From: Gemmatimonadota bacterium
Lineage (GTDB): Bacteria; Gemmatimonadota; Gemmatimonadetes; JACCXV01; JAHWKZ01
Direction: 5' to 3'
Assembly: GCA_035513155.1 (NCBI GenBank)
Contig: DATKCO010000022.1
Span: forward strand, 18,117 to 82,116
Length of the DNA: 64,000 bases
The position numbers were made by a program, and so were the translations under genes. This document shows, one piece after another, positions 32,653-42,130 of this stretch (positions within the stretch are counted from its first letter, which is position 1; every line of letters starts with the position of its first letter). Below the pieces are notes generated by a model. That model ran no database searches. It had not been told where the DNA came from and saw only the letters and a list, made by a program, of their open reading frames with translations.

Positions 32653-35600
32653 TCAAGCGCTGGCGGCCAGCGCCTCCTCGCTCTCCTCCCGCTCCGGCTC
32701 CTCCGCTTCCCGCCGTTCCTCCTGCGTCTCCCCTCCGTGCAGGGATACCGACACCAGCGCGCTCACGCCGGGCTCCTCCATCGTGATCCCGTAGAGATAG
32801 TCCGCTTCCGCCATCGTCCGCTTGTTGTGGGTGATGACGACGAACTGGGTCTCCTCGCTGAAGTGACGGATCATCCGGAGGAACCGGCTGACGTTGGCGT
32901 CGTCCAGCGGCGCGTCCACCTCGTCGAGGATGCAGAACGGGGAGGGCTTCACCAGGTAGATCGCGAACAGGAGCGCCAGCGCGGTCAGCGCCCGCTCGCC
33001 GCCCGACAGCAGGCTGATGTGCTGGACCCGCTTGCCGCGGGGGCTGGCGACGATCTCGATCGGGGACTCGAGCGGATCGTCGGGGTTCTCGAGCCGGATC
33101 TCCGCGTGGCCCCCCTCGAACAGCGTCTTGAACGTGACGTCGAGGTTCCCCCGCACCGCCTCGAACGTCTCGACGAACAGCTCCCGGGCCGTCGCGTTGA
33201 TCGTGCGGATCGCCCCTTCGAGCTGACGCTTCGCCTGGACGAGGTCGTCCCGCTGGCGCACGAGGAACTCGTGTCGCTCCGCCTCCCGCTCGTACTCCTC
33301 CACGGCGAGCATGTTGACCGGCCCCAGGTTCGCGAGCTTGCGGCGCACCTCCTCCAGCCGGGTCCTTAGCTCCACCTGGGGCAGCCCGATCTCCCCCTCC
33401 GCCAGCGGATGGGCCGCGAGGAGCTCGTCCAGCGGGCGGTCGTATCCCTCCGCCAGGTGGTCGAGCAGGACCTGGCGGCGGAACCGTAGATCCTGCCGCG
33501 CGAGCGCCAGCTCGTGGCGCTTCTCGGTCGCGGCCTCGTGCTCGCGCCTGAGCTCGCGCAGCTCGGACTCGAACCCGGTCCGCCGGGTCTCGGCCTCCCT
33601 GAGCGCCTCGCCGCTCTCGACGAGCTGCTTCTCGATCCCGTCGAGCTGCGCGTAAAGCGACTGGATCTCGACCAGCGTTGCCTCGCGCTCCTCCTCCAGC
33701 GCGGCGTTCGCTTCCTCCAGCCGGCGGCGCTCCGCTACCCGCTCGGCCCGGCCGCTCGCCAGGCGGTCCTCTTCGTCGGCGAGGTGCTCAAGCTCCCGCT
33801 CGACCGCCCGGAGCGCCGCCTCCGCCTCGGTCCGCTCGAGCTCGATGGCGTGACGCGCGGAGATCCGCTCGGCCCGCACCTCCTCGTGGCGCTCGATCGC
33901 CGCCCGGACGTCGTGCATCCGGGCGCGGGACCGCTCGAGGTCGGCCTCGATCTCCTCCACCGTCTCGGCGATCGCGCGGCCGGCCAGGGTGGCCCGTTCC
34001 TGCGCCTGGCGCTGCTCGTCCGCGTGAGCCTCGATCTCCTCCACGCGGCGGGCCGCCTGCCGCGCCTCCTGCTCGGCCACGACCGCGGCCTCGCGCGACT
34101 CGCGGTAGCGGGCTTCGGCCTCCAGCGCCTCCGCCTGCGCGGTCGAGAGCGCCGCCTCGGCGGCCGACACGGCGGCCTCCGCGGCCGCGGCCTCCCGCGC
34201 CGCGTCGGCGGCGTCGGCTCTGCGATCCTCGAGCTCGGCCTGCGCCTCCTGCAGCAGCCGCCGGCGCGCGAGCAGCCCGCCGTCCCCCTCGTCCCCGGCC
34301 GTGCGCCACCGTCCGGTGGGCTCGATCAGGGTGCCGTCCATGCCGGCGATCACGTAGTGGCGCGCGGCCTCGGGCGACGCGGCGAGCGCCTCCCGGCAGG
34401 CGAGCGCGCGCCCCCGGTCGGCGACCACGAGGAGCCGCGCGAAGAGCGGAGCGATGGCCTCGCCGAGTGCTGGATCCGCCGTCCACCGGAGCGCCCGGTC
34501 ACCGCGGGCCACGACGTGCGCGGCGGCCGCGTCGGGGATCTCGGGTGGAGGACCGACCGCGATCAGGGCGGCCACGAGGAAGTCCGCGCGACCCAGTCCG
34601 CCGGCGGCCAGCCGGTCCGCCCCGCGGGACGCCCCGGCCAGATCGGCGGCCACGATCGCGTGGCCCAGGCTCTCCAGGTACCGGTCGAGCGCGCGCTCGA
34701 ACGCGGGCTCGGCCGCCTCCACCGCGCGCGGCAGCGCCCCGGCCAGGCCATCGACCGGAGCCGCGCCGGCGAGGAGCGCGCGGGCCCCCTGGCCGTACCC
34801 CTCGAAGCGCGCTTCCATCGCCCGTAAGGTCTCCAGCCGACCCGCCGCCGCGTGCTCTCCGGCGCGGGCGGCCGCGAGAGCTTCGCGCGCGTCCTCGAGC
34901 GCGACCACCGCGTCGCGGACGGCCGTCTCCAGGCCATCGATCCGCGAGCCCCGCTCGCCACGATCCACGTCGGCGCCCTCCATTGCGCTCCGAGCCGCCG
35001 CGTCGCCTTCGGCGGCGGCGGCCGCCTCGCGGCGACGGTCCTCCAGCTGGTCCTCGAGCGCGGAGAGCCGCTCGGCGGCGCTCTCCGCGGCGCTCGCCTG
35101 CCGCGCCGCGGCCTGGCGCGCCTCGCCGAGCCGCTCCTGCTGATCCTCGATCTCCCCCACCAGGTGCGCCCGCTCCGCGCGGAGCTCGGCCTGGTGCGCC
35201 TCCTCGGAGCCGACTTCGCCCTCGGGCCCCAGCCGGCCGCCGACGCCCTTCAGCCGCTCGGCGGCCACCTGGCGATCGACCTCCAGATTGGCGCGTCGCT
35301 CCTCCAGGTCGTCGGCCCGCGAGGTCGCGCGGGCGTCTTCGACGCCCAGGCCCTCCAGCCGCTCCACGTTGTGCCGCAGGGTCTCGCCGGTGACGAGCTG
35401 CGAGTCCTCCCGGCGCGAGATCCGGCGCCTCAGTCCCTCGGCCTGCTCCCGCACCCCGGCCTCGCGCCGCCGCGCCTCGACGATCTCGAGCTCGAGCGTC
35501 TCGAGACCGGCCTCGCGATCCCCCAGCCGGGCGGCCCGCTCGGCCTCGAGCGTCTCCAGCCGCTCCAGCTCCTCCACCACCGGGCCCTCGCGACCTCCCA

Positions 35601-36309
35601 GCGCCTCCAGCTCCTCGGCCGCCACGTGGACGTCGAGTCGCGCCTCTTCGGCCGTGTAGTCCCGCCAGCGGCGCGCCTTTCCGACCTGGCGCCTGAGCGA
35701 CCCCACGTTCTTGTCGACCTCGCCCACGATGTCCTCGACGCGCAGCAGGTCCGCCGTGGTCGCCTCGAGCTTCCGCTCCGTCGCCCGGCGCCGGCTCTTG
35801 TAGCGGGTCACCCCGGCCGCCTCCTCGAACATCACGCGCCGCTCCTCGGCCTTGTCCGACAGGATGCTGTCGACCATTCCCTGCTGGATGAGCGAATAGG
35901 TGTGCGTGCCCACCCCCGTGCCCATGAACAGGTCCTGGATATCCTTGAGTCGACATACATGTTTGTTGAGGCGATACTCGCTCTGCCCTTCGCGGAACAC
36001 GCGCCGGGCGATCGCTACCTCCGAGTAATCGAGCGGAAGGGTGCCGTCCTCGTTCGAGAACCGGAGCACGACCTCGGCCAGGTTGACGGGCTTCCGAATG
36101 CGGCTGCCGGCGAAGATCACTTCGTCCATCCTGCTGCCGCGCACGAGCGTCGGACGCTGCTCGCCGAGCACCCAGCGGATGGCATCGGAGATGTTGCTCT
36201 TGCCGCATCCGTTGGGTCCCACGATGGCGGTGACCCCGGGATTGAAGTCGATCGCGACGCGATCGGCGAACGACTTGAAGCCGTACATCTCGAGACGCTG
36301 GAGTTTCAC
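32653..36309 (-). CDS. smc: Chromosome segregation protein SMC
   Basis: 1218 aa. N-terminal Walker A GPNGCGKSN, long coiled coils, a hinge, and C-terminal LSGGERALTALALLFAIY and ILDEVDAPLD. Confidence 0.95.
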   Translation of the reverse strand: MKLQRLEMYGFKSFADRVAIDFNPGVTAIVGPNGCGKSNISDAIRWVLGEQRPTLVRGSRMDEVIFAGSRIRKPVNLAEVVLRFSNEDGTLPLDYSEVAIARRVFREGQSEYRLNKHVCRLKDIQDLFMGTGVGTHTYSLIQQGMVDSILSDKAEERRVMFEEAAGVTRYKSRRRATERKLEATTADLLRVEDIVGEVDKNVGSLRRQVGKARRWRDYTAEEARLDVHVAAEELEALGGREGPVVEELERLETLEAERAARLGDREAGLETLELEIVEARRREAGVREQAEGLRRRISRREDSQLVTGETLRHNVERLEGLGVEDARATSRADDLEERRANLEVDRQVAAERLKGVGGRLGPEGEVGSEEAHQAELRAERAHLVGEIEDQQERLGEARQAAARQASAAESAAERLSALEDQLEDRRREAAAAAEGDAAARSAMEGADVDRGERGSRIDGLETAVRDAVVALEDAREALAAARAGEHAAAGRLETLRAMEARFEGYGQGARALLAGAAPVDGLAGALPRAVEAAEPAFERALDRYLESLGHAIVAADLAGASRGADRLAAGGLGRADFLVAALIAVGPPPEIPDAAAAHVVARGDRALRWTADPALGEAIAPLFARLLVVADRGRALACREALAASPEAARHYVIAGMDGTLIEPTGRWRTAGDEGDGGLLARRRLLQEAQAELEDRRADAADAAREAAAAEAAVSAAEAALSTAQAEALEAEARYRESREAAVVAEQEARQAARRVEEIEAHADEQRQAQERATLAGRAIAETVEEIEADLERSRARMHDVRAAIERHEEVRAERISARHAIELERTEAEAALRAVERELEHLADEEDRLASGRAERVAERRRLEEANAALEEEREATLVEIQSLYAQLDGIEKQLVESGEALREAETRRTGFESELRELRREHEAATEKRHELALARQDLRFRRQVLLDHLAEGYDRPLDELLAAHPLAEGEIGLPQVELRTRLEEVRRKLANLGPVNMLAVEEYEREAERHEFLVRQRDDLVQAKRQLEGAIRTINATARELFVETFEAVRGNLDVTFKTLFEGGHAEIRLENPDDPLESPIEIVASPRGKRVQHISLLSGGERALTALALLFAIYLVKPSPFCILDEVDAPLDDANVSRFLRMIRHFSEETQFVVITHNKRTMAEADYLYGITMEEPGVSALVSVSLHGGETQEERREAEEPEREESEEALAASA

Positions 36310-36349
36310 GCCAGGTGCCTCCGTCGGTCGGGGTGCGGTGGAAGGAGAG

Positions 36350-38107
36350 TCATCGCTCGCGTCGGGACAGCTCGACCGCCTCGTCCGCCGCCGCGTCGAG
36401 CGCGGAGGCGAGGAGACGGGATTCCGCTTCGTTCTGGAACGCTCCGGCCCATACCCGGAAGGGCCCCTCGCCGAGCGCGTACGCCGGAATGCCGCGAGCC
36501 GCGAGCTCGGAGATCCGCTGGCCGGCTTCCTCCGGCGTGGCGTACGTCCCGAGCGGGAACGCGAGGGGCGTGTCGCGCACCGACCCCTCGGGCACGACCC
36601 CCGCCGACGTCAGCCGGCTCAGGGCGGCGCGGGCCTCCTCCGAATCGTCGTAGGCGCCCACGTAGACGCGGACCCATTCTCCCTTGTCGGGAAGGACGAC
36701 TGGGGCGGCGAAGGCGACGAGCCCGCGCTGCCCGAGGTCGCGCACGACCCCATGGGCTGCCTCGGCGGTCCGGTACGATCCCACGTGGACCGAGTACGGC
36801 GTGGGCTCCCCGCGCGGCGCGGCCGCCGCCTCCAGCCCGGCAATGGCGCCGGCTCCGACGGCCGTGTCGCCATCCGTAGCGCCCGGTCCGACCGCGTCGG
36901 GGACGGCCTCGTCTCCGAGGGGCGCCGCGCCGGTCAGGGGGATCACGGTGCCGGGCTCCCCGCTCGCCGTCGGCGACCGGTCGGGATCGTCCCAGGCGAT
37001 CTCTCGATCACTTCCCATCCAGCCGGCGAAGAGCGGCGCGAACCAGCGCGAGCCGAGCGCCAGGGCCGCCACCGCGACCAGCACCACGGTGGCGAGCGTC
37101 AGCGCGCGCCGGTCCAGCGGTCGCCGCCCGCGCTTCGGCTCGCGCGCCGTCCGGGCCGATCGGGCCCCCCGCCGCTGGCGGGTGCCCTGGACGACCTCCT
37201 CGAGCCGCTGCCGGGGGCGCCCTTCGGCGATCCCCGCCGTCGCCGGCTCGGGCACAGACCGGCCCTCGAACGCGCTCAGGAAGTCGAGCTCCTCGGAGCC
37301 GGACCTCGCCTCGGTCACGAAGAAGGGATCGGTCGGCCGGGGCCTGGCCGGCTCCGCGGCGGCCCGCTCCGCCGGTCGCGACTTCCGTTCGGCGACCGGG
37401 CCGCGGGCCAGCAGCGCGGGAAGGGGTCCCACGAAGCGATGGCAGAGACGGGCGAGCTCCCGAGCCGCTCGGGGATCGCCCGAGAGCCGCACGATCCCGC
37501 GCTCGGTTCCCAGCGCCGTGCCGGACCGTCCCTCGGTGTCCTCGATCGTCACGACCGCGTCGCAGAGGGCCGGCACACCGGCGCCGTCGGCGCTCTCCGC
37601 CGGGGGCGGCAGGGCCACGAGGACCGCGTCGCGGCCCTGCTTGAGCGCCAGCAGCGAGGCGCGGAAGCGGGGCGGATCGTCCAGCGGAGACCCGGCGAGG
37701 AACGCGGCCCCGCCACTCATGACCTCGAGGCCGTCGACCGCCGAGCGCCGCGCGCATTGATCGAGCGGGATCCCGAACTGGAGATGGTCGACGACGCCCT
37801 CCTTGAAGTCCTCTCCGAGAAGCTGTTCGAGCCACCGCACTTCCGGATCGAGGTCGAGCAGGAGCGTGCGCAGTCCCTCACGCGCCAGGAAGACCGCCGA
37901 GAGGAACGCCAGCAGCCGCGGGTTCTCGTCCGCCGCCGCGTGTCGCAGGCCGATCAGGACCGGCTCCGCGGCCGCGTCGATGGCGAGCTCGCCGATCAGG
38001 GCGGCGTAGTCCGGATAGCGGTCGGCCAGCGCCTCCACCGGCTCGCCGGCCTCGAGGGCGGCGAGCGCGTCGCGCCAGAACGAATCGTCGAGCTCGAAAT
38101 CCCGCAT
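36350..38107 (-). CDS. SPOR-domain membrane protein with an N-terminal ParA/MinD-like domain lacking a P-loop
   Basis: C-terminal tandem SPOR modules (YSVHVGSYRTAEAAHGVVRDL..., VRVYVGAYDDSEEARAALSRL, FRVWAGAFQNEAES). A central TM helix (LTLATVVLVAVAALALG). The N-terminal region has LRTLLLDLDPE but no GKT/S motif. ATG at 38107. Confidence 0.75.
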   Translation of the reverse strand: MRDFELDDSFWRDALAALEAGEPVEALADRYPDYAALIGELAIDAAAEPVLIGLRHAAADENPRLLAFLSAVFLAREGLRTLLLDLDPEVRWLEQLLGEDFKEGVVDHLQFGIPLDQCARRSAVDGLEVMSGGAAFLAGSPLDDPPRFRASLLALKQGRDAVLVALPPPAESADGAGVPALCDAVVTIEDTEGRSGTALGTERGIVRLSGDPRAARELARLCHRFVGPLPALLARGPVAERKSRPAERAAAEPARPRPTDPFFVTEARSGSEELDFLSAFEGRSVPEPATAGIAEGRPRQRLEEVVQGTRQRRGARSARTAREPKRGRRPLDRRALTLATVVLVAVAALALGSRWFAPLFAGWMGSDREIAWDDPDRSPTASGEPGTVIPLTGAAPLGDEAVPDAVGPGATDGDTAVGAGAIAGLEAAAAPRGEPTPYSVHVGSYRTAEAAHGVVRDLGQRGLVAFAAPVVLPDKGEWVRVYVGAYDDSEEARAALSRLTSAGVVPEGSVRDTPLAFPLGTYATPEEAGQRISELAARGIPAYALGEGPFRVWAGAFQNEAESRLLASALDAAADEAVELSRRER

Positions 38108-38144
38108 GACCGCCGGAGTTGAGGTGGGCGCGCCGCGACGCTCC

Positions 38145-38174
38145 AAGATACGAGCGCGAGCGCGCGTCCGTCAA
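38145..38174 (-). promoter_or_regulatory. Candidate promoter for the SPOR-smc operon
   Basis: Minus strand: TTGACG (38169-38174), 18 nt, TATCTT (38145-38150). The predicted transcription start lies downstream of the TTG at 38146, which favours the ATG at 38107. Confidence 0.35.
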
Positions 38175-38314
38175 CGAAAGACCACAACATGTAGGGGTTC
38201 CGCCGGTCGGGACCCCCATCCCTCGGTCCCGCGGACGCGAGGAGGGGTCGGGCCGCGGACGGACCCGTTCGTGCGGGCGCAACTCGGATGGGAAAGCTGG
38301 CCGTGCGGATGGGG

Positions 38315-38337
38315 CGTCGCCGGACGCGCCGGCGACG
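38315..38337 (-). terminator. Candidate terminator hairpin after the 1083-aa OMP gene
   Basis: Perfect 9-bp stem CGTCGCCGG/CCGGCGACG with a 5-nt loop, about 20 nt downstream of the stop at 38357. There is no clear U-tract. Confidence 0.35.
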
Positions 38338-38356
38338 GGTCATCAATCTGCCCGAA

Positions 38357-41300
38357 TCAGAACTCGGGCGCCAGGGTGAAGATCACCCGACTCCGGTCGA
38401 GGTCGGCCAGGTCGGTCTGCTTCGCCCAGTCCACGCGCATGACGGCGAAGCCGAACAGGTTCATGCGGACCCCCGCACCGAACGAGGCGCGGGCGTCGGC
38501 CAGCCGGAAGCCGAACGGACCGGCGTCCTGCGAGGTCGCGAACTGGAACGGCACCCCGGGGATGCGAGCGAAGCCGGTATCGAACCATACCGCCCCGCGG
38601 ATCGGTGGCAGCCCGCCGGCTCCGAACGATGGCCGGTCGATCAGCGGGAAGCGGAACTCGAGGTTCATGAGCCCGACCTGGCTGCCGATCAGCTCGGGGT
38701 GCGGATCGTCGCGGTCCCGGGCGTCGTAGCCCCGCAGGAGCGTGGGGCCGGCGATGGAGCGGAACCGGATGTTGTCGGTCTCGGAGCCGAACTCGCCCAG
38801 GAACAGGAAGCGGGTGGCGAGTGTGAGGCTGCGGCGGAACATCCAGTACTTCCGCACGTCTCCGTAGAGCTGGGTGAACTGGCGATCACCGATCGCGCGC
38901 ATGACCTCCAGGCGCTGGCGGCTTCCGCCGATCGGCCCGGTGGAGCCGTAGAACGCCGTGTCGTAGACGTAGGACACCGAGGGGGCCGCGTACGCCTCGT
39001 TCGACAGGTCCTCCTCGATCTCCGGGCTCGGGCTGAAGAAGTCGAACCGGGCGATGCGCCGGTCGACGTGGGTTGCGACCGCGCCGACCTCGAAGCGCCG
39101 GAACCGGCTCAGGGGATACGACCCGAACACCTGGACTCCCCGCAGCACGTCACTGCGGTACAGGAACAGGTCGTCGGACGTCGTGGCCGCCAGCGGCGCG
39201 AAGTCGTTCCGCAGCTGGAACACCGCGGCCCCCCAGTTCATCCGCTTCTTCAGGTTCGCGTAGGTGAACAGCAGGTCGCTGTCGCTGATCGAGCCGTAGA
39301 CCGAAGCGGCGACGTACATGTTGTGGTCGCCGAGCAGGTCGCTGAACGCCAGCTGGGACGCCCCGAAGGCGCCGACACCGGAGACGAACCCGACCTCGGG
39401 CTGGCCCACCAGGTCGGGCTGGAAGCGGACCTTGTAGTCCCGCTTCTCGAACCCGCTCGTGTCACGCGGCAGGCCGATCGTGGGATCCGAGAGCAGGGTC
39501 GCGATGTCGACGGGCTCCTCGAAGGTCGGCAGGTCCCGCCGCGCGATCCCCACTCCCTCGGCCCGGCGCGGCGGCTGCCTCTCCCCCAGATAGTAGGAGA
39601 CGGCGTCCGGCCGGGCTTCCGCCGGGGGTGCCGCCGCCACCTCGCCGCCGCCCGCGTCCGATTCGGCGCCCTCCGTCTCGCTCCCGGGCTCTGGATCCGC
39701 CGCCGCGGTGGGCTCGGCGGCCCGTCGGGAAGCGGCATCGGCGGGCGAGATCTCCCGCGCCGGCGTGGCCCCCGAGTCCGACGGCGGGCGCAGGAACGCC
39801 CCGGCGGCCAGGTCGTACTCCTGCCGCGGACGGGGCTGGTAGGGTTCGACCGCCAGCGAGAGGGGGTCGTCGAGCCGGTAGAGGTCCCAACCACCGTCGC
39901 TGAAGGCGCTGAACACCATCCGCCGGCCATCGGCCGACCAGGCGAGCGCGGGGCTCGACTCGATGATCCCGCTCACGCCGGTCAGCAGATCGGTGAGCTG
40001 GAACGTCTCGGCCTTCTCGAAGTCGTGGAGGAAGATGTTCGGGATCCCCGTCCGATCGCTGACGAACGCGATCGTGCGGCCGCCGGGCCCCCACTGGGGA
40101 TTGATGTTCTTGCCGGCCGGATCCGGCAGGAACGTGACCTGGCGGGTCGCCACGTCGTAGAGCCCGATCTGGTAGTCGTCGTACGACAGCAGCTCGAAAT
40201 CCGTGCCGGCGCCGAAGTCCGTCGTGAACGCGATGCGCGTCCCGTCGGGCGACCACACCGGGTCGCGCTGCGCGTACCGGTCGTTGGTCAGCTGCTGGAG
40301 GCCGCTGCCGTCCCGGTTGATCACATAGAGGTCGCTGACCCCTCCTTCCAGCCCCGTGAACACGAGCCGCCGTCCGTCCGGCGACCACGACGGGGTCTCG
40401 ATCCCTTCCATCCCGAAGCGCAGCGAGGCGACGATCTTCTCGTCGCGCACCCGCATGATGTAGATCGCGTCCTGCTCCCCGACCTTGCTGGAGAACGCGA
40501 GGAACTGGCCGTCGGGCGAGAACGAAAGCCCGACCCGCAGGAAGCGCAGGCTCTCGAACGATGCCGTGCGCTCGCCCTTGAGCAGCTTGTCGACGCCACC
40601 GCCCGTCTCCGCGTCGGCGATGTAGATGTCGTTGAAGTAGTCCCGGTCGCTCACGAACGCGACCCGGCTTCCGTCCGGCGACAGCGCGGGCGCCAGGTTG
40701 ATGGTGGCCTCATCGCGCACGTGGTTCGTGAGGCGCGTGGCGAAATCCTCGGCGTGCTGGAACTCGCCGACCTGCGGCAGGTAGGTGAGCCGCACCGCGT
40801 CCAGCCACTCCCTGGACAGCTGGTCGAGGTCCACGTTCAACGAGGCGCGGAACGCCTCCCGCACGCCGATGAGCGGCGCCTTCTGCATGATCTCGCCGAT
40901 CTTCTCGTCGCCGTACTTGGTGCCGATGTAATACCAGAGCGCCTGGCCGAACCGGTAGACGCGGATGTCACCCACCCGCGAGAGCTGGTCGATCGTCGTC
41001 AGGTAGCCGGAGAGCGAGCCGTCACGCAGCCACATCGCCGTCTGCGGGTCGATCTTGCCCGTCGTCAGGTACTCGGCCATCCCCTCCATGAACCACAGCG
41101 GCGGGCGGAAGGCGAACGGGTTCGAGCCCTGCGACAGGGCACCCTGGCGCATGATGTCGATCTGGAACGCGTGGACGAGCTCGTGGGTGAGCGTGTGCTC
41201 GAACTCGGGGTAGGCGCTGGGGAAGAACAGGACGATGCGGTCGCGCAGCCGCTCGGTGATGCCCGCGGTGCCCTCGGAGATCTGGAAGCTGAAGATGTTC

Positions 41301-41608
41301 GTCTGCTGGAAGTCCGACTGCGAGGCGTACAGGATCAGCGGCTTCCGGCGCTCCCAGTCGTGGCGGAACACCTTCGAGAGCCGCGCGTATGCGCGCTCCG
41401 CCATGCGGGCCGCGTCCATGACGGCGGCCTCTTCCTCCGGATAGTAGTGGATATCGAAGTGCTCGGTGCGGAGGACCTTGAAGTCGAATTCGTCGTACTG
41501 GACCTTGTTCTTCCCGAACTGGGCGTGGGCGGGCGCGGCGAGGACGAGTCCGACGGCGAGCGCGACGAAGGCGAAGGTTATGCGACGCGTGATGATCCTC
41601 CTGACCAA
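38357..41608 (-). CDS. Large outer-membrane protein: HExxH peptidase-like domain + PD40 (TolB-like) beta-propeller + Omp85/surface-antigen-like barrel
   Basis: Signal peptide ...FAFVALAVGLVLAAPAHAQ and HELVHAF. At least six PD40 motifs (LSPDGSRVAFVSDR, FSPDGQFLAFSS, WSPDGRRLVFTG, WSPDGTRIAFTTD, GPGGRTIAFVSDR, WSADGRRMVFSA). A Pro/Ala/Glu linker, then a C-terminal beta-barrel ending in ...VIFTLAPEF. TTG start. Confidence 0.8.
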   Translation of the reverse strand: MVRRIITRRITFAFVALAVGLVLAAPAHAQFGKNKVQYDEFDFKVLRTEHFDIHYYPEEEAAVMDAARMAERAYARLSKVFRHDWERRKPLILYASQSDFQQTNIFSFQISEGTAGITERLRDRIVLFFPSAYPEFEHTLTHELVHAFQIDIMRQGALSQGSNPFAFRPPLWFMEGMAEYLTTGKIDPQTAMWLRDGSLSGYLTTIDQLSRVGDIRVYRFGQALWYYIGTKYGDEKIGEIMQKAPLIGVREAFRASLNVDLDQLSREWLDAVRLTYLPQVGEFQHAEDFATRLTNHVRDEATINLAPALSPDGSRVAFVSDRDYFNDIYIADAETGGGVDKLLKGERTASFESLRFLRVGLSFSPDGQFLAFSSKVGEQDAIYIMRVRDEKIVASLRFGMEGIETPSWSPDGRRLVFTGLEGGVSDLYVINRDGSGLQQLTNDRYAQRDPVWSPDGTRIAFTTDFGAGTDFELLSYDDYQIGLYDVATRQVTFLPDPAGKNINPQWGPGGRTIAFVSDRTGIPNIFLHDFEKAETFQLTDLLTGVSGIIESSPALAWSADGRRMVFSAFSDGGWDLYRLDDPLSLAVEPYQPRPRQEYDLAAGAFLRPPSDSGATPAREISPADAASRRAAEPTAAADPEPGSETEGAESDAGGGEVAAAPPAEARPDAVSYYLGERQPPRRAEGVGIARRDLPTFEEPVDIATLLSDPTIGLPRDTSGFEKRDYKVRFQPDLVGQPEVGFVSGVGAFGASQLAFSDLLGDHNMYVAASVYGSISDSDLLFTYANLKKRMNWGAAVFQLRNDFAPLAATTSDDLFLYRSDVLRGVQVFGSYPLSRFRRFEVGAVATHVDRRIARFDFFSPSPEIEEDLSNEAYAAPSVSYVYDTAFYGSTGPIGGSRQRLEVMRAIGDRQFTQLYGDVRKYWMFRRSLTLATRFLFLGEFGSETDNIRFRSIAGPTLLRGYDARDRDDPHPELIGSQVGLMNLEFRFPLIDRPSFGAGGLPPIRGAVWFDTGFARIPGVPFQFATSQDAGPFGFRLADARASFGAGVRMNLFGFAVMRVDWAKQTDLADLDRSRVIFTLAPEF

Positions 41609-41638
41609 TTCGCCCGGCCGGCGGCCGGGCGTCGCTGA

Positions 41639-41668
41639 AGGGTATCACCGCCGCGGGAGCAGGGTCAA
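41639..41668 (-). promoter_or_regulatory. Candidate promoter for the large OMP gene
   Basis: Minus strand: TTGACC (41663-41668), 18 nt, TACCCT (41639-41644). Confidence 0.3.
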
Positions 41669-41716
41669 CGCCCGCGTCGGTCTCTGGTAATGGAAACGAA
41701 AGCGGGGGGGCCGGGT

Positions 41717-42130
41717 TTAATCCGGCTCGGGCGGGCCATCCTCCGGATCCAGCCGCTGTGCGGGCGCGTCCGCCCAGAGCCGCTCGAGGTCGTAGAACGC
41801 GCGCGCCTCGTGATGGAAGACGTGGACCACGAAGTCGACATAGTCGAGCAGGATCCAGCGCGTCTGCTTGAGACCCTCGACGTGCCAGGGCCGGGCGTCG
41901 AGCTCCCGCGCCAGCCGTTCCTCGATGCGCTCGGCGATGGAGCGGACCTGGATGTCGCTCTCACCGCTGACGAGGACGAACCAGTCGGTCGCCGACGTGA
42001 CGCCTCGCAGGTCGAGGAGGACGACGTCGCGCCCCTTCCGCTCGATCGCCTCCTCGGCCGCCGTCCCCACGAGCATGCGGATCCGCCGCGGGTCCGTGCG
42101 GCCGCGGCTGCGGCGGGCCGGGTGGCTCAA
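41717..42130 (-). CDS. rsfS: Ribosome silencing factor RsfS
   Basis: KGRDVVLLDLRGVTSATDWFVLVSGESDIQVRSIAERIEE...DYVDFVVHVFHHEARAFYDLERLW. The TTG at 42130 forms a TTGA overlap with the rplI stop. Alternative ATG at 42076. Confidence 0.85.
   Translation of the reverse strand: MSHPARRSRGRTDPRRIRMLVGTAAEEAIERKGRDVVLLDLRGVTSATDWFVLVSGESDIQVRSIAERIEERLARELDARPWHVEGLKQTRWILLDYVDFVVHVFHHEARAFYDLERLWADAPAQRLDPEDGPPEPD

Noticed and set aside
33678-36208. Several 400-570-aa ORFs on both strands inside the smc region (33678..35393 +, 34499..36208 -, 33514..34827 +).
   Set aside because: They are out-of-frame or antisense shadows of smc. Their translations are dominated by Arg/Pro/Gly/Ala runs.
38288-41638. 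A 1116-aa plus-strand ORF, the longest in the track.
   Set aside because: It is exactly antisense to the 1083-aa OMP gene. Its translation is Arg/Gly/Pro/Glu/Asp-rich low complexity with no motifs. The minus strand encodes a signal peptide, HExxH, PD40 repeats and a beta-barrel. It is a shadow ORF typical of GC-rich DNA.
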